The position numbers and the translations under genes were made by a program. From the NCBI GenBank assembly GCA_951406725.2, contig OX597831.1:69874001-69938000 (forward strand): a stretch of 64,000 nucleotides of DNA, given 5' to 3'. The notes below the pieces were generated by a model. That model was not told the DNA's origin and made no database searches. It saw only the letters and a list, made by a program, of their open reading frames with translations. Origin of the DNA: Octopus vulgaris. Its lineage: Eukaryota. This document shows, one piece after another, positions 12,031-24,630 of the stretch; the first letter of the stretch is position 1, and every line of letters starts with the position of its first letter.

Positions 12031-13042
12031 ATTCATTATTGTTATTATTTATTTGTGATCTGTATTAAATGAACAGAATCAAAAGCATTTCATCTGTGAT
12101 TATCTTTTTTTTTTCTTTACCTCAAACTACATTATCCAGTCATTGCTTCATTTTTTAAAGATGGCAGTACATGATTTCAGAGGCATTTCTTTGTTATTTC
12201 TAGCAGAAGAGTATAGGTTTCCTTGTAGGTTCAAAAGAGAAGCATCATGAATAATAACTTGTAACATCAGTTTAATATTTAGTTTATTATGACCCTTCTG
12301 AAATGTACTGTGGGAATATTTTCTATACTGTTAGGTAAGATTGTAGGGTAGATGTTACAAAACATGAGGTGAACAGCTATGAGATGGTTGATTGAAACAA
12401 ATTAGAGGGTTACTACCTTGAACTACAACCCAAAATTATATAGTATTACAAGACAGCCACCACTGCAATGGACTGGTCTTCTGAACTTCCCCGTATTATC
12501 TTGCCTGCACTCAAACCAAAGCATATTTTGGTTTCAGTGTTCAACTGACTTTGTAGTGTACTATCTAGTAATACCCCATATTGCTAAGAACAGTTCCACC
12601 TTAGCAAATGAATCCTTTTCTTTCAGTTGCTCTAGAATTTTAAAACAAAAGTAACATTTAAACCTGAACAATTGATCTTTAGGTGGTGAATTGGCAGAAC
12701 CAAAAGAGTGTTGGACATGGCTGTGGTGTTTAATTATGGCCATTTATATTCTAAGTGCCAATCCATCAGGCTCATCCATGTAGATATTCACAGTGAACAT
12801 CATGTGTATCAATCACTCCTGAGCATTTACATTCCTCTGCATAAAAGAAAATTATAATCACACAATTTGTTGGAGCAGCAAGTATTTAATAACAGGCTAA
12901 TTTAGCTCCACATTATTTAGAACTTCATTGGTACAGAATGCATCCACATCCCCAGATGTACAAAGTCTGAATAAAGTAAACTGTGGGTACAGTCTATACC
13001 TGTGAACTTTAATTAATATGGGGCTGAGTTAACCTGTTATAA

Positions 13043-13189
13043 ACATACAAACATACATGCATACATACACACATACATACATACATACATACACACACAC
13101 ATACATACATACATACATACATACATACATACATACATACATACATACATACATACGTACGTGCATGCATGCATGCATGCATGCATACA

Positions 13190-13223
<34 letters not shown>

Positions 13224-13302
13224 CATGCATGTATATGCACACACATACATACATATATACATGCATGTATATGCACACACTCAATCATAAACACACACAC
13301 AC
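13043..13302. repeat. (TACA)n/(TGCA)n microsatellite
   Basis: Direct reading. Confidence 0.95.
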
Positions 13303-13685
13303 ATGGAAATTGTTTCTAATATACATACAAGATAGGTATTAGATAGGAATTGTTAGATAATGAAATTGAGTTCAGTACTTTACAGGCACTTTATGTTACT
13401 GACCCCCAATGATAAAAAAAATTTGATCATGTTGAGATTTGGATTCAGAACGTAAAGTCCCACAATCAATACTGCAATGAATTTTCTCCAACTTTCTAAT
13501 GGTGCAGCCAATCTATCACCCTGGATTGTCTCTAAGATGGTGCAATGACAAGAATTTGGTGGGATGAGATGATTGTATTTGCCCAGTTTTTAACTGGTAC
13601 TTTATTTTATCAACTCTACAAGGATGCAAAGTGAAGAATTCTTCCTTGAGGATTTCACCTCAGAATGTAAAGAGATAGAACAGAT

Positions 13686-14553
13686 ACAAAAAGGTACCCA
13701 AAAGAAGCCAGAAATATGCAATATTATTTTATTGACTTTTATTACCTTCAAAGTATTCTCCATTTGAAGCATACATTGATCCAGGTGATTTTCCACTATT
13801 TGAAGCAGTTCTGGAACTCTTGTGAAGTGATGCTTTTTAATGCCTTCATTGTTTTTTCTTCACCTCTTCTACATCTGTAAATTCCATAGCACCAGCTAGT
13901 GATGAACTTCGAAACATGGTCTAGATCAATTTCGAACTGTTCTTTCAGTTCATGACATGCATTCAGTTATGGCTGCTTTTGATGAGGCACAAAATTTTGC
14001 TGCAACTCTTTTCACTTGCACTTTCTCACTCAAAATTCGTTGGCAGGAGCTCCAGAACACATCAGTCATATCAACAAGTTCGTCAGTTGTTCGGTGACTG
14101 TCCTCTAAGATGAGTTCATGAGTTTCCATTTTTTCATTCATTTGGAAGGTTGGTGGTCATCCTGAACAAGATTGGTCTTCAACCAACAAGCGACCATTCC
14201 TTAAAGCATGGAAACCTCTCGTAAACTTGTGTTTTGCTCATGGCAGCGTCCTTGTAAGCAGTTTTGCCTGCCATTTTCTCCAGCAGAAAACAGAATTTCA
14301 TGGAAGAACTCTGTTCCTTTGTTTCAGTCATTGCAAAAATCATCGAACAGAGCAGAAGCACAACAAAACAAAGACACGTCACATGGCACTATGACTCCAC
14401 CCGATGGCGTTGGTCAGCCAACTGATGCCTGAGGGTTGCATGGCGCTGGTCAGCCGACTGATGCTTCAGGGTCACATCTAGCAGTGGAAGCCTGAACTAC
14501 TGTGGGTTTACCCCACAGAGAACGTTTCCTGTTTCTTTTGGGTACCCTTCATA
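13686..14553 (-). mobile_element. Non-autonomous, internally deleted mariner
   Basis: TIRs AAGGTACCCAAAAGAAGCCAGAAA and TTTCCTGTTTCTTTTGGGTACCCTT; MKFCFLLEK, AMSKTQVYE, SCQRILSEKVQVKRVAAKF and a C-terminal QMENTLKV remnant; catalytic middle missing. Confidence 0.85.
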
Positions 14554-16821
14554 TTGCAAGGAATCATATCCAATGTCCAAATGGTTCTACTCTTCTAGCA
14601 GGACCTTTGGAAAGATTGCATTTCATAAATTTTCCATTTTTATATCGATGCTTGAAGTTCATAACAGTATTTGTTATATTGAAGGTTTTTATTACAATAA
14701 GCTAAAGATAGATTGAAGCTATTGCAAAATGAGGGTTTAGATTGCTTCTATTGTTACAACATAATAAGGTCCAGTCTATGGCATGGTTCATCTCACAGCT
14801 GAGACTGGCTGTTTCTTACAAAATGTTTTCCTGATCTGTAAATGCCACTGAAGCCACCTCTTTATGCAAGACTATGATAATATAGAACAATCACCTTATT
14901 TTGAATATAATTTCTTTGACATGTTACATATCATTGTGCCATCCAAGCTCACTATTTCGAATGAGATGTCAAAATGATTAGGAAATTCTAGTTGGTATAG
15001 CATGATTTAGATGAATGACGTCTATATTTTCTGGAAAGGCTCCACATTCACCAATAAACACCGTGGAAATTACATTATATGCAGGAAAATTATAGCATTA
15101 GATGTCAGAGCCTTGTCTTAAGTGCAGGTTATGTTTACAGGGAACTGTATTTCCTCTGAATACTAATGACTGTTCTGACATTTCTACTAAATGTATATTT
15201 TTAAATAGTTCAGTATATTAGTTATGGAAGAAGTCATAATTTCTTGTGTTGTGTTCATTATATTAGACAAAAATGTAGAACTGAGAATTGTTTCAACCCA
15301 ATATCATTAAACTTCATTAGCATCAATAATCTAAAGTTAGCTACATGCTAGGAGACTATTTTCTGTATACAGAGACGATTCAAAGCAATAAAACCACTTT
15401 CTTTGGGTGCACTAACCTTTGAACTAAATGAAGCAAAATAAAAAAACAAAAAAAAAAACTGCACAATCATATTTTTAGATTTTTTTCTTGAAATTATTAG
15501 CTTTCTCAATATTTTCTTCAGCAAGTAATTTCAGTTCTTTTGTAGGTCCATTTGTAAATCCTGAAGTGTAATGTTGAGGACAATAATGATGTCCATTTCT
15601 TTGATAATGTATGGTCTGACTTCAACTGGTTTCACTGCTGTTGTATCATAGGAGCACCAAATCATCTCAGTTTTTTTTTCCTGTTGTTTGAACATTGCTT
15701 GTCCCTTGATCACGTCTACTTGCCATAGTCAGTTCTTTCCTCAAGATTATCCTATTCTGTCCACTGCGCTTCATTCATATTATTTCATCATACTTATCTC
15801 CGGCTCTATACTGTTGCACATAACCAGTCCACTGTTCACTATCTATGTTCTTGTATTGTATTCATTGGCTTTCTCTTTGATACCATAGTCCACCAGCACA
15901 ATTATGCTCAATAATGTTGCTTCCCATTGTCTGTTGGTTTTACTTAAACTATCTCTTATTTCCTGTTTTTATTGTTCAAATTATGACCTTTGCACGTATT
16001 CTCTCATTTATTCTCTTGTTGCTTTATTATTGTTAAAATGTTAAGTGGAAATAAAATTTATAGTGTAAAAATTTGACTTCACTTATGTAGGATTTGAACA
16101 ATTATTGTAAGTTATTTGATACTTTTATCCCTTCTGTCAAAAAAAAAAGAAACAATAAATAAAACTTCTGCTTTCTACGTAGGATGAGAAACCACTTTCA
16201 ATATTTACCTTACAAAAGAGGTTTTCTTTTTTGTTGCAAACAAAAACGTTTCCTATTTTGATTTTATTGCAATGACATTTTGATCCCCCCTTTGAAGTAT
16301 AACATATAACCACGTGCTGAAGCAAGACAGGATAATACTATAGATAAGAATGTTTTCTAACCAAGTCAAAGAGTCAGAAATTTTAGGAGATGGAACATTC
16401 AATTACTTCAACATCGGTACTTGGCAAGTGTATATTTTACCAGTCCTGGAGGAATGAAAGGCAAAGTCAACTTCAGTGGTATTTGGACTCAAAAAATAAA
16501 GGGCCTTGATTATATACAACTAGACATCTTGCTCCACACTCTAATGATTCTGCCCAAAAACAGTACTTAAAATTGCAATTTACCGTTTTCTTTAAGTGTG
16601 CATGTATGTGAGTGTATGTGTGTATATGTATGTGTCTGAGTGTCTATCTATAAAATGCTTAACCAAATTAATGACATCATTGCAATTGATTTGGTGGGGT
16701 AGTGGGAGTCATCTAGCTGACAACACCCAAGTCACTGCATATACAGGCAGCATTAGTGAAAGGATATACACACAGTGAAAATGAGAGAATATACATTCAG
16801 TATTTGGTGGACACGCATATA

Positions 16822-17220
16822 CTCTCTTTTCTTTTACTTGTTTCAGTCATTTGACTGCGGCCGTGCTGGAGCACCACCTTTAATCGAGCAACTCGACCCC
16901 GGGACTTATTCTTTTGTAAGCCCAGTACTTATTCTATTGGTCTCTTTTGCTGAACCGCTAAGTAACGGGGACATAAACACACCAGCATCGGTTGTCAAGC
17001 AATGCTAGGGGGACAAACATAGACACACAAACAAACACACATACATATATACATATATACGACAGGCTTCTTTCAGTTTCCGTCTACCAAATCCACTCAC
17101 AAGGTATTGGTCGGCCCGGGGCTATAGCAGAAGACACTTGCCCAAGATGCCACGCAGTGGGACTGAACCCGGAACCATGTGGTTGGTTAGCTACTTACCA
17201 CACAGCCACTCCTGCGCCTA
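16822..17220 (-). mobile_element. Full-length tRNA-derived SINE (second family) with internal (TG)/(TA) tract
   Basis: Head AGGCGCAGGAGTGGCTGTGTGGTAAG...GGTTCAGTCCC; tail CAGTCAAATGACTGAAACAAGTAAAAG; near-identical copy at 60612-61050. Confidence 0.9.
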
Positions 17221-17442
17221 ATATATATATTAATGTTCGTTTTTATGTCCAGTTATAATAAGAACAATTGTACATTAATCTGAGGAGTTACTCCATACTT
17301 TTGTAGAGTATAAATTTATTATTCTTTAACAGGGATGGTATTGGCAGGGAATGATGAAGTCACTGACAACACTATTCTTGTTAGAGAAATTCATATATAT
17401 AGATATATATATATATATATATACATACATATATATATATAC

Positions 17443-17473
<31 letters not shown>

Positions 17474-17477
17474 CATA

Positions 17478-17529
<52 letters not shown>

Positions 17530-18235
17530 TACACACATATATATATATATATACATACATGTAGACAAACACACAGAGGATCAGTGAGAGTATGCACTAC
17601 ATGCATACAGTAGCGCTAGTATAAGCTGTAGAGTGACTGGCATTAGAAAAGAAATCCAGCCAAAGAGACCATGCCAAAGCAGACAGTAAAGCATGATGCA
17701 GTTCTTGGAGCCATTGGATTCTGTCAAATCACCCAACCTATGCCAGTATGGAACATAGACGTCAAATAATGTTGATGATGAATAACTCAGCCGTTTTTAT
17801 TTGTTTCATCGTTTTTTATTCTTTGATTATTTTTTTTTTTATGTGTGCGTGTGTGTGTTCAGTTTTCAATAGAGATTTACTGATTATATTGGGAACTTGG
17901 CGTCGACGAGCTGAGAGTGTTTTATGTTAGGTGCAAATGGTAGTTCTGTGGTAATTTTATGTTTCAGAAGAGAATAACAACATAGCAATACTGAGTTCGA
18001 AAAAAAACCCAAAAAAAGCCCACCCATATTAACATTCACACATTTCTCACTACACAAACACATATAAACACATACGTACACACACATGCACAAAATCATG
18101 TGAATTTGTGTTATGTAAATATATACTTTATGAGACCTTGCATTGCTTATTGGTGCTGGGAATAAAATAAGAATAATTAAATTAAGTACATATGTTTGCA
18201 TGCAGGTGCTTGTTTGTGTGTCTCCCCCTCACAAA

Positions 18236-18582
18236 TATACATGCACACATACATTCATAGAGACATGCATATATACATGCATACATGTATGCATACATAG
18301 GTACATGCATGCATACATACATACATACATACATACATAACTACATAGATAACTACATACATACATACATACATACATAACTACATACATACATACATAA
18401 CTACATACATACATACATACATACATAACTACGTACATGCATACATACATACATACATAACTACATACATACATACATAACTACATGCATACATGCATAG
18501 ATACATACATACATAGCTACATACATACATACATACATACATACATACATACATACATACATACATAACTACATACATACAT
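18236..18582. repeat. (TACA)n microsatellite with recurrent TAAC interruptions
   Basis: Direct reading. Confidence 0.9.
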
Positions 18583-19744
18583 GTTATTACTGGAAAAAAA
18601 ATTGAAAATCATTACAAATAACCAGAGTAAGTATGCGAGCAGAAAAAAATAATACGTTATAAGAGGCAATTTAAAAACATTTATCATTAAATTTTTGGCT
18701 GAAAACAAGAAAAGAACGATGACATAACCGTAAAAAAAAAATGTCAAAGCAATCAGGAAATAAAAGCAAACTTTCATAGTTTTTCTTAACAGAAAGAGAC
18801 AAGAGATTCTGAAAGAAATAATTTTCACAGCTGAAGAACAATGGAGACAATCTAGTGTCAATCTCTTTTTACTTGGAATTCTTTATAGTCCACTGTTGTT
18901 TATAATGTTTCTCTTTTAGAATCTGTTCAGTTGAGTAGAACAGAGTATAGCGCTGTCATAGTTGTTCTTATTGTTATGGCTGTAGTGCCAAGTCAACTCT
19001 GGTTCAGCAGACATTTGTTCAAAGACATTCTAGCAATGTCTTCAGATATAGTTTAACAAAAGTGATTACATTTTTAATGTGTCCTTCCTTTTCCCAGTCA
19101 GTGGGCTACATTCTGAGGAAAATTTGGCTACTATTTCTGCATTTTATTTGAATAGTGATTGGTTTGGGCATGTCATGTGATACTCTGCCATCATGTAGGG
19201 TTTACGAAGGAAGTCATCTTGAAAGACCCACTCCTCTCCCAACTGTCACAACGCATAAAAAACTTCGCTCTACATTGGAAGCAAATGAAACTCTCATTGA
19301 TTGGTCAGTGCTGCTGTCATTGCTTACAGTGGAGATTTGCCCTTCCTCCTGAGTGGGAGATGAATTAAACCATGTTGAAAGAGTATATCATCATCATCAT
19401 CATCATCATCACTACCGTCATTGTCATCATTTACTTTCCATGTTCCATTTTGGTATGGGCTGGATGGTTTTACAGGATCGGACAAACCCAAGGACTGCAT
19501 CATTCTCAGCTGTCTATTTTGGTATTAGTTTCTTTCTATGGCCAACCACTTTATACATTATTTCATGGCACTGGTACTGGTAATGTTGCTATGCAGCTTG
19601 CAAAACTATAAACCCTGAGAAAGCGACTTTCTGCTATGTATTTTGCTTTGTAAGGTTCAACTTCTTCAGAATAAATGGTTACAAATGCAACAAGTTGCAT
19701 GCCTGTTTGATGCCTGATATCGATGTAAAAACTTTACTTTTACA

Positions 19745-19782
<38 letters not shown>

Positions 19783-20227
19783 GGACATATCTACAAGCAT
19801 AAAGACAAAGAGAATGGAGTATGAAAAGTTGAGAGAATGTGAGACATATATTCAGTGAGGTAATGATGTGTTGACTGAGAGAGATTATCTCCTGCTGTTT
19901 ATTGTTGGTCAATTAAAGAAAATTATACAACAATTGTGATTGGTGAACAACAACAAAGGAGATGTCAAAGAAAAAAAAATCAATCAGCAAAAAGCGAAAG
20001 CATGACCGTTCTTTTGAACCATTTCAAGCAATAAGACTCTTTGTCAAATTAATGACATCATCACAAATAGAAGACTGGGAGACACCTGGCTGGGAACATA
20101 CTAGGAGGAACAAAGTCACTGCATTTCCATACAGTATTACTTAAAGGATATGCATGCAATGAAAGATAGAGAGAGAGAAAGGGTGTGTGTATATATAATC
20201 ATCATTATTATCATTATTACTGTTATT

Positions 20228-21730
20228 AAGGCGGCGAGCTGGCAGAGTCATTAGCACGCCGGGCGAAATGCTTAGTGGTATTTCATCTGCTGCTACATTC
20301 TGAGTTCAAATTCCGCCAAGGTCGACTTTGCCTTTCATCCTTTCAGGGTCGATAAATTAAGTACCAGTTATGCACTGGGGTTGATATAATCGACTTAATC
20401 CGTTTGTCTGTCCTTGTTTGTCCTCTCTGTGTTTAGCCCTTTGTGGGTAGTAAAGAAATAGGTATTTCGTCTGCCACTACGTTCTGAGTTCAAATTCCGC
20501 CGAGGTCAACTTTGCCTTTCATCCTTTCGGTGTCGATTAAATAAGTACCAGTTATGCGCTGGGGTCGATATAATCGACTTAATTCGTTTGTCTGTCCTTG
20601 TTTGTCCTCTCTGTGTTTAGCCCATTGTGGGCAGTAAAGAAATAGGTATTTCGTCTGCCGCTACGTTCTGAGTTCAAATTCTGCCGAGGTCGACTTTGCC
20701 TTTCATCCTTTCAGGGGTCGATTAAATAAGTACCAGTTATGCACTGGGGTCGATATAATCGACTTAATTCGTTTGTCTGTCCTTGTTTGTCCTCTCTGTG
20801 TTTAGCCCCTTGTGGGCAGTAAAGAAATAGGTATTTCGTCTGCCGCTACGTTCTGAGTTCAAATTCTGCCGAGGTCGACTTTGCCTTTCATCCTTTCAGG
20901 GTCGATAAATTAAGTACCAGTTATGCACTGGGGTTGATATAATCGACTTAATCCGTTTGTCTGTCCTTGTTTGTCCTCTCTGTGTTTAGCCCTTTGTGGG
21001 TAGTAAAGAAATAGGTATTTCGTCTGCCACTACGTTCTGAGTTCAAATTCCGCCGAGGTCAACTTTGCCTTTCATCCTTTCGGTGTCGATTAAATAAGTA
21101 CCAGTTATGCACTGGGGTCGATATAATCGACTTAATTCGTTTGTCTGTCCTTGTTTGTCCTCTCTGTGTTTAGCCCATTGTGGGCAGTAAAGAAATAGGT
21201 ATTTCGTCTGCCGCTACGTTCTGAGTTCAAATTCTGCCGAGGTCGTCTTTGCCTTTCATCCTTTCAGGGGTCGATTAAATAAGTACCAGTTATGCACTGG
21301 GGTCGATATAATCGACTTAATTCGTTTGTCTGTCCTTGTTTGTCCTCTCTGTGTTTAGCCCCTTGTGGGCAGTAAAGAAATAGGTATTTCGTCTGCCGCT
21401 ACGTTCTGAGTTCAAATTCTGCCGAGGTCGACTTTGCCTTTCATCCTTTCAGGGGTCAATTAAATAAGTACCAGTTACACACTGGGGTCGATATAATCGA
21501 CTTAATCCGTTTGTCTGTCCTTGTTTGTCCTCTCTGTGTTTAGCCCCTTGTGGGTAGTAAAGAAATAGGTATTTCATCTGTCTTCAAGTTCTAAGCTCAA
21601 AAGCTACCAGGGTCGACTTTGTCTTTCATCCTTTCGAGGTTGATCAATACCATTTAGACACTGGAAATGATGTAATCGACTAGTCTCCTTCTCCAAAATT
21701 TCAGGCCTTGTGCCTATTGTAGAAAGGATT
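20228..21730 (+). repeat. SINE-derived tandem array: one head, seven 184-185-bp units, one divergent terminal unit
   Basis: Units start with GGTATTTC at 20277, 20461, 20645, 20830, 21014, 21198, 21383 and 21568; 15-bp TSD ATTATTACTGTTATT at 20213-20227 and 21731-21745. Confidence 0.95.
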
Positions 21731-21744
21731 ATTATTACTGTTAT

Positions 21745-22095
21745 TCATCATCATCATCATCGTTTAACGTCCGCTTTCCATACTAGCATGGGTTGGAAGG
21801 TTCAGCTGGGGTCTGGGAAGCCAGGAGGCTGCACCAGCCCAGTCTGATCTGGTAGAGTTTCTACAGCTGGATGCCCTTCCTAACGCCAATTACTCCATGA
21901 GTGTAGTGGGTGCTTTTTTTGTACCACCTGCACAGGTGCCAGGCGAGGCTGGCAATGGCCGTGATCAGATGGTGCTTTTTACATGCCACCGGCACGGAGG
22001 CCAGTCAGGGTGGTGCTGGCAACGGCCACGTTTGGATGGTCCTCTTACGTGCCACCGTCACTGGTATCACAACTACAATTTCCATTGATTTTTAT
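21745..22095 (-). mobile_element. 3' end of an RTE-like LINE or derived element, (TGA)n tail
   Basis: CATCATCGTTTAACGTCCGCTTTCCAT...CTGGATGCCCTTCCTAACGCCAA; family also at 23500, 32763, 46010, 54930 and 57895. Confidence 0.8.
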
Positions 22096-22099
22096 TTGA

Positions 22100-22290
22100 T
22101 TATTATTTAAAACATTTCACTTTAACCCCAAGTGACCTAAAGTTCTGTAGGCTTCTTACAGAAACCTCGCTCATCAGACTCAGTTCACTGATTAACTCAG
22201 CTAACTGAGCCCTATGAGCTAGGTTTCTGTATAAGAAGCCTACGAAACTTTAAGTTGTACGGGGTCAAATCACATCGCTTTACATAATAA
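22100..22290. repeat. Fold-back inverted repeat with a degenerate hammerhead in each arm
   Basis: Left arm (-): CTGAGT-CTGATGA-GCGAGGTTTCT-GTA-AGAAGCCTAC-AGAA-CTTTAGG-TC-ACTTGG. Right arm (+): CCTATGA-GCTAGGTTTCT-GTATA-AGAAGCCTAC-GAAA-CTTTAAG-TT. Confidence 0.7.
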
Positions 22291-22768
22291 CACTGTGAAA
22301 CAAAATTTAATTCTTTTTTGTCTTTAGTCAGTAAGTGTTATTTTCTATTTGCTTCTATTTAGAAATCAAAAAGAAATTACTACTATTCTTCTCAAACCTT
22401 ACTTTTGTCACCTGGTCATCAATGTTTTGAAACAGATCTATTTTCCATTTCACAGAGATTCAGCATTGAGTTACTGAAGCAGAAATATTGTTATTGCAAA
22501 TGTTCTGCTCAATACTGCAGATTTGTTTGTCAGTTGCTTAACCTTAACCACTTGAGCATGTCCTTTAACGGCTGACAATATATGCATCTCTGAAGATGAG
22601 CAGGAGTATTGAGTGAGTGAGTATCATAGCCATGTGTTGAGAGGGATTATTCGGAGTTTGAATAAATCTAACAAAAGCAAATTTTGAAGGAAATATTCGT
22701 CCTTTTTCATACTTTCTAGTGGTAAGCAAATAGGAAATAACAGCTGCTATCCAAGGACAAAATTCGTG

Positions 22769-23110
22769 TTACGCCTAACTCATCGTAAAGTCAATACCAC
22801 CATGACTGATATCCAATCTACAGTGGAGAAGGCTAGCCACTGGATTTGGTTTAAAAGAGACGATGAGCGATGGCTAGAAGGATATTGAGCTTGATTTGAT
22901 AACCAGCTGATCTAGCAAGCGGGGCCTCATATCAGTGAGTGGGACCGGTGCACATTGATGCCGTCGAGAGGTAGGCACCGAAATGGTGCGCATTCTCTCC
23001 TGATGACCCCATACATTTGCTGGCTTCCAGTATACGGAGCTTTTGACTGGTAGCATTTGCATGTGCAAGTTGTTTGCAAGACATATAATATTTGTAACTC
23101 CTACTAAATG
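22769..23110 (+). mobile_element. 3' fragment of a restriction-like-endonuclease non-LTR retrotransposon (HERO-like) with 3' UTR
   Basis: 22769-22888 reads LRLTHRKVNTTMTDIQSTVEKASHWIWFKRDDERWLEGY*, resembling the E.AS.W.W.KR...W C-terminus of HERO-clade ORFs. Confidence 0.6.
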
Positions 23111-23499
23111 AGTCGAGTGACTCCTTTTGTTTTTCCACACACACAAACACACAAACACACACACACACTCACACACATACACACACACACACATGCAGTG
23201 TTGGTGAGGACATGCATATATACTGAGCAGATGAAAAGATATATATATAGAATGATAGTAACAGAAAATATAACCTCTCATTTGATTACACTATTGACCT
23301 GGTCATCCTCATTTTATCTTAAATCAATATTTGTTTAGTAATATATTTAAATTCTCTTGTCATTTGCTTCAGAACGTTTGTACATGTGCATGTGCACACA
23401 CATACACACACGTGCACGAGCATGCACATGTGTGTGTATGCTTGTATGCCTGTCTTTGTGTGTGAAATCTGCATTCAGAATATTGATGGTTAATATTTT

Positions 23500-23641
23500 G
23501 GCGTTAGGAAGGGCATCCAGCCGTAGAAACACTTCCAGATCAGACTGGAGCCTGGTGCAGCCTTCCGGCTTCACAGACCCCAGTTGAACCGTCCAACCCA
23601 TGCTAGCATGGAAAGCGGATGCTAAATGATGATGATGATGA
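23500..23641 (+). mobile_element. RTE-like 3' tail
   Basis: GGCGTTAGGAAGGGCATCCAGC...CATGGAAAGCGGATGCTAAA(TGA)n. Confidence 0.8.
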
Positions 23642-23714
23642 AGACTAAAATGCTGCAATTAATTTATCTGGTGCTCTGCGGAATCTGATATAGAAATAAT
23701 ATTACAATAGCTCT

Positions 23715-24406
23715 TATCTTTTACTCGTTTCAGTCAATGGACTGTGACCATGCTGGGGCACAGCCTTGAGGAATTTTAGTCAGCTCATTGACCACAGTAC
23801 TTGTTATTTTTTTCTCAAAGCAGGGTACCAATTTTATCAGTCCCTTTTGCCTAACTGCTATGTTACAGAGATGTAAACACACCAACAATGGTTGTCAAGC
23901 AAGAGTAGGAGACAAACAGAGGCACAAAGACACACACATGCACACACATACACACACATACACATACACACATACACACATACACAGACACACACACATA
24001 TATAAAAGTTTAAAAAATAGAGGTTTAAAAAGTCACCTTAAGGGATAGAAAATATCCAATGAATAACTGGTTTGTTGGCTATTATTTTGTTGTGAATAGT
24101 AATATTCCTAAAATGATAAGTTTAAATATAAATCTTGGTTTATAGATATTCGAATTAAAATCCAGAAAATGGATAAGTAGCATTAATATAATTTATATTA
24201 ATGCTACTTATCCATTTTCTGGATTTTAATGTGTGTATATATATATATATATATAGCTCTTTTGTCTTAATAACAGTCAGTCACAGTAATTTCCCTTTGT
24301 TTAACGGTCATTTTCAAAGCATTTTTTTGATGGCCATTTTATTATGGCTACCAAATAATTGTCACATATTAATTTTATATATATATATATATACACATAC
24401 ACACAT

Positions 24407-24463
<57 letters not shown>

Positions 24464-24630
24464 TGACAGGCTTCTTTTCAGTTTCCATTGACCAAATCCA
24501 CCCACAAGGCTTTGGTCAGCCCAGGGCTATAGGAAAAGATACTTGCTCAAGGTGCTATGCAGTGTTACTGAACCTGGAGCCATGTAGTTGGAACGCAAAC
24601 TTCTTCCCACACAGTCACACCTGTGCCTAT
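23715..24630 (-). mobile_element. Older copy of the second SINE family, split by about 460 bp of inserted DNA in its internal microsatellite
   Basis: Tail half 23715-24000 and head half 24465-24630 match the two halves of 16822-17220. Confidence 0.7.
24154..24230. repeat. Perfect palindrome, 38-bp arms, 1-nt spacer
   Basis: ATTAAAATCCAGAAAATGGATAAGTAGCATTAATATAA-T-TTATATTAATGCTACTTATCCATTTTCTGGATTTTAAT. Confidence 0.95.

Noticed and set aside
20277-21567. Hammerhead within the tandem SINE unit
   Set aside because: No CTGANGA box found on either strand of the unit.
20228-21730. CRISPR-like array
   Set aside because: Whole 184-bp units repeat with no unique spacers, the same unit occurs as dispersed SINE monomers, there are no cas genes and the DNA is eukaryotic.
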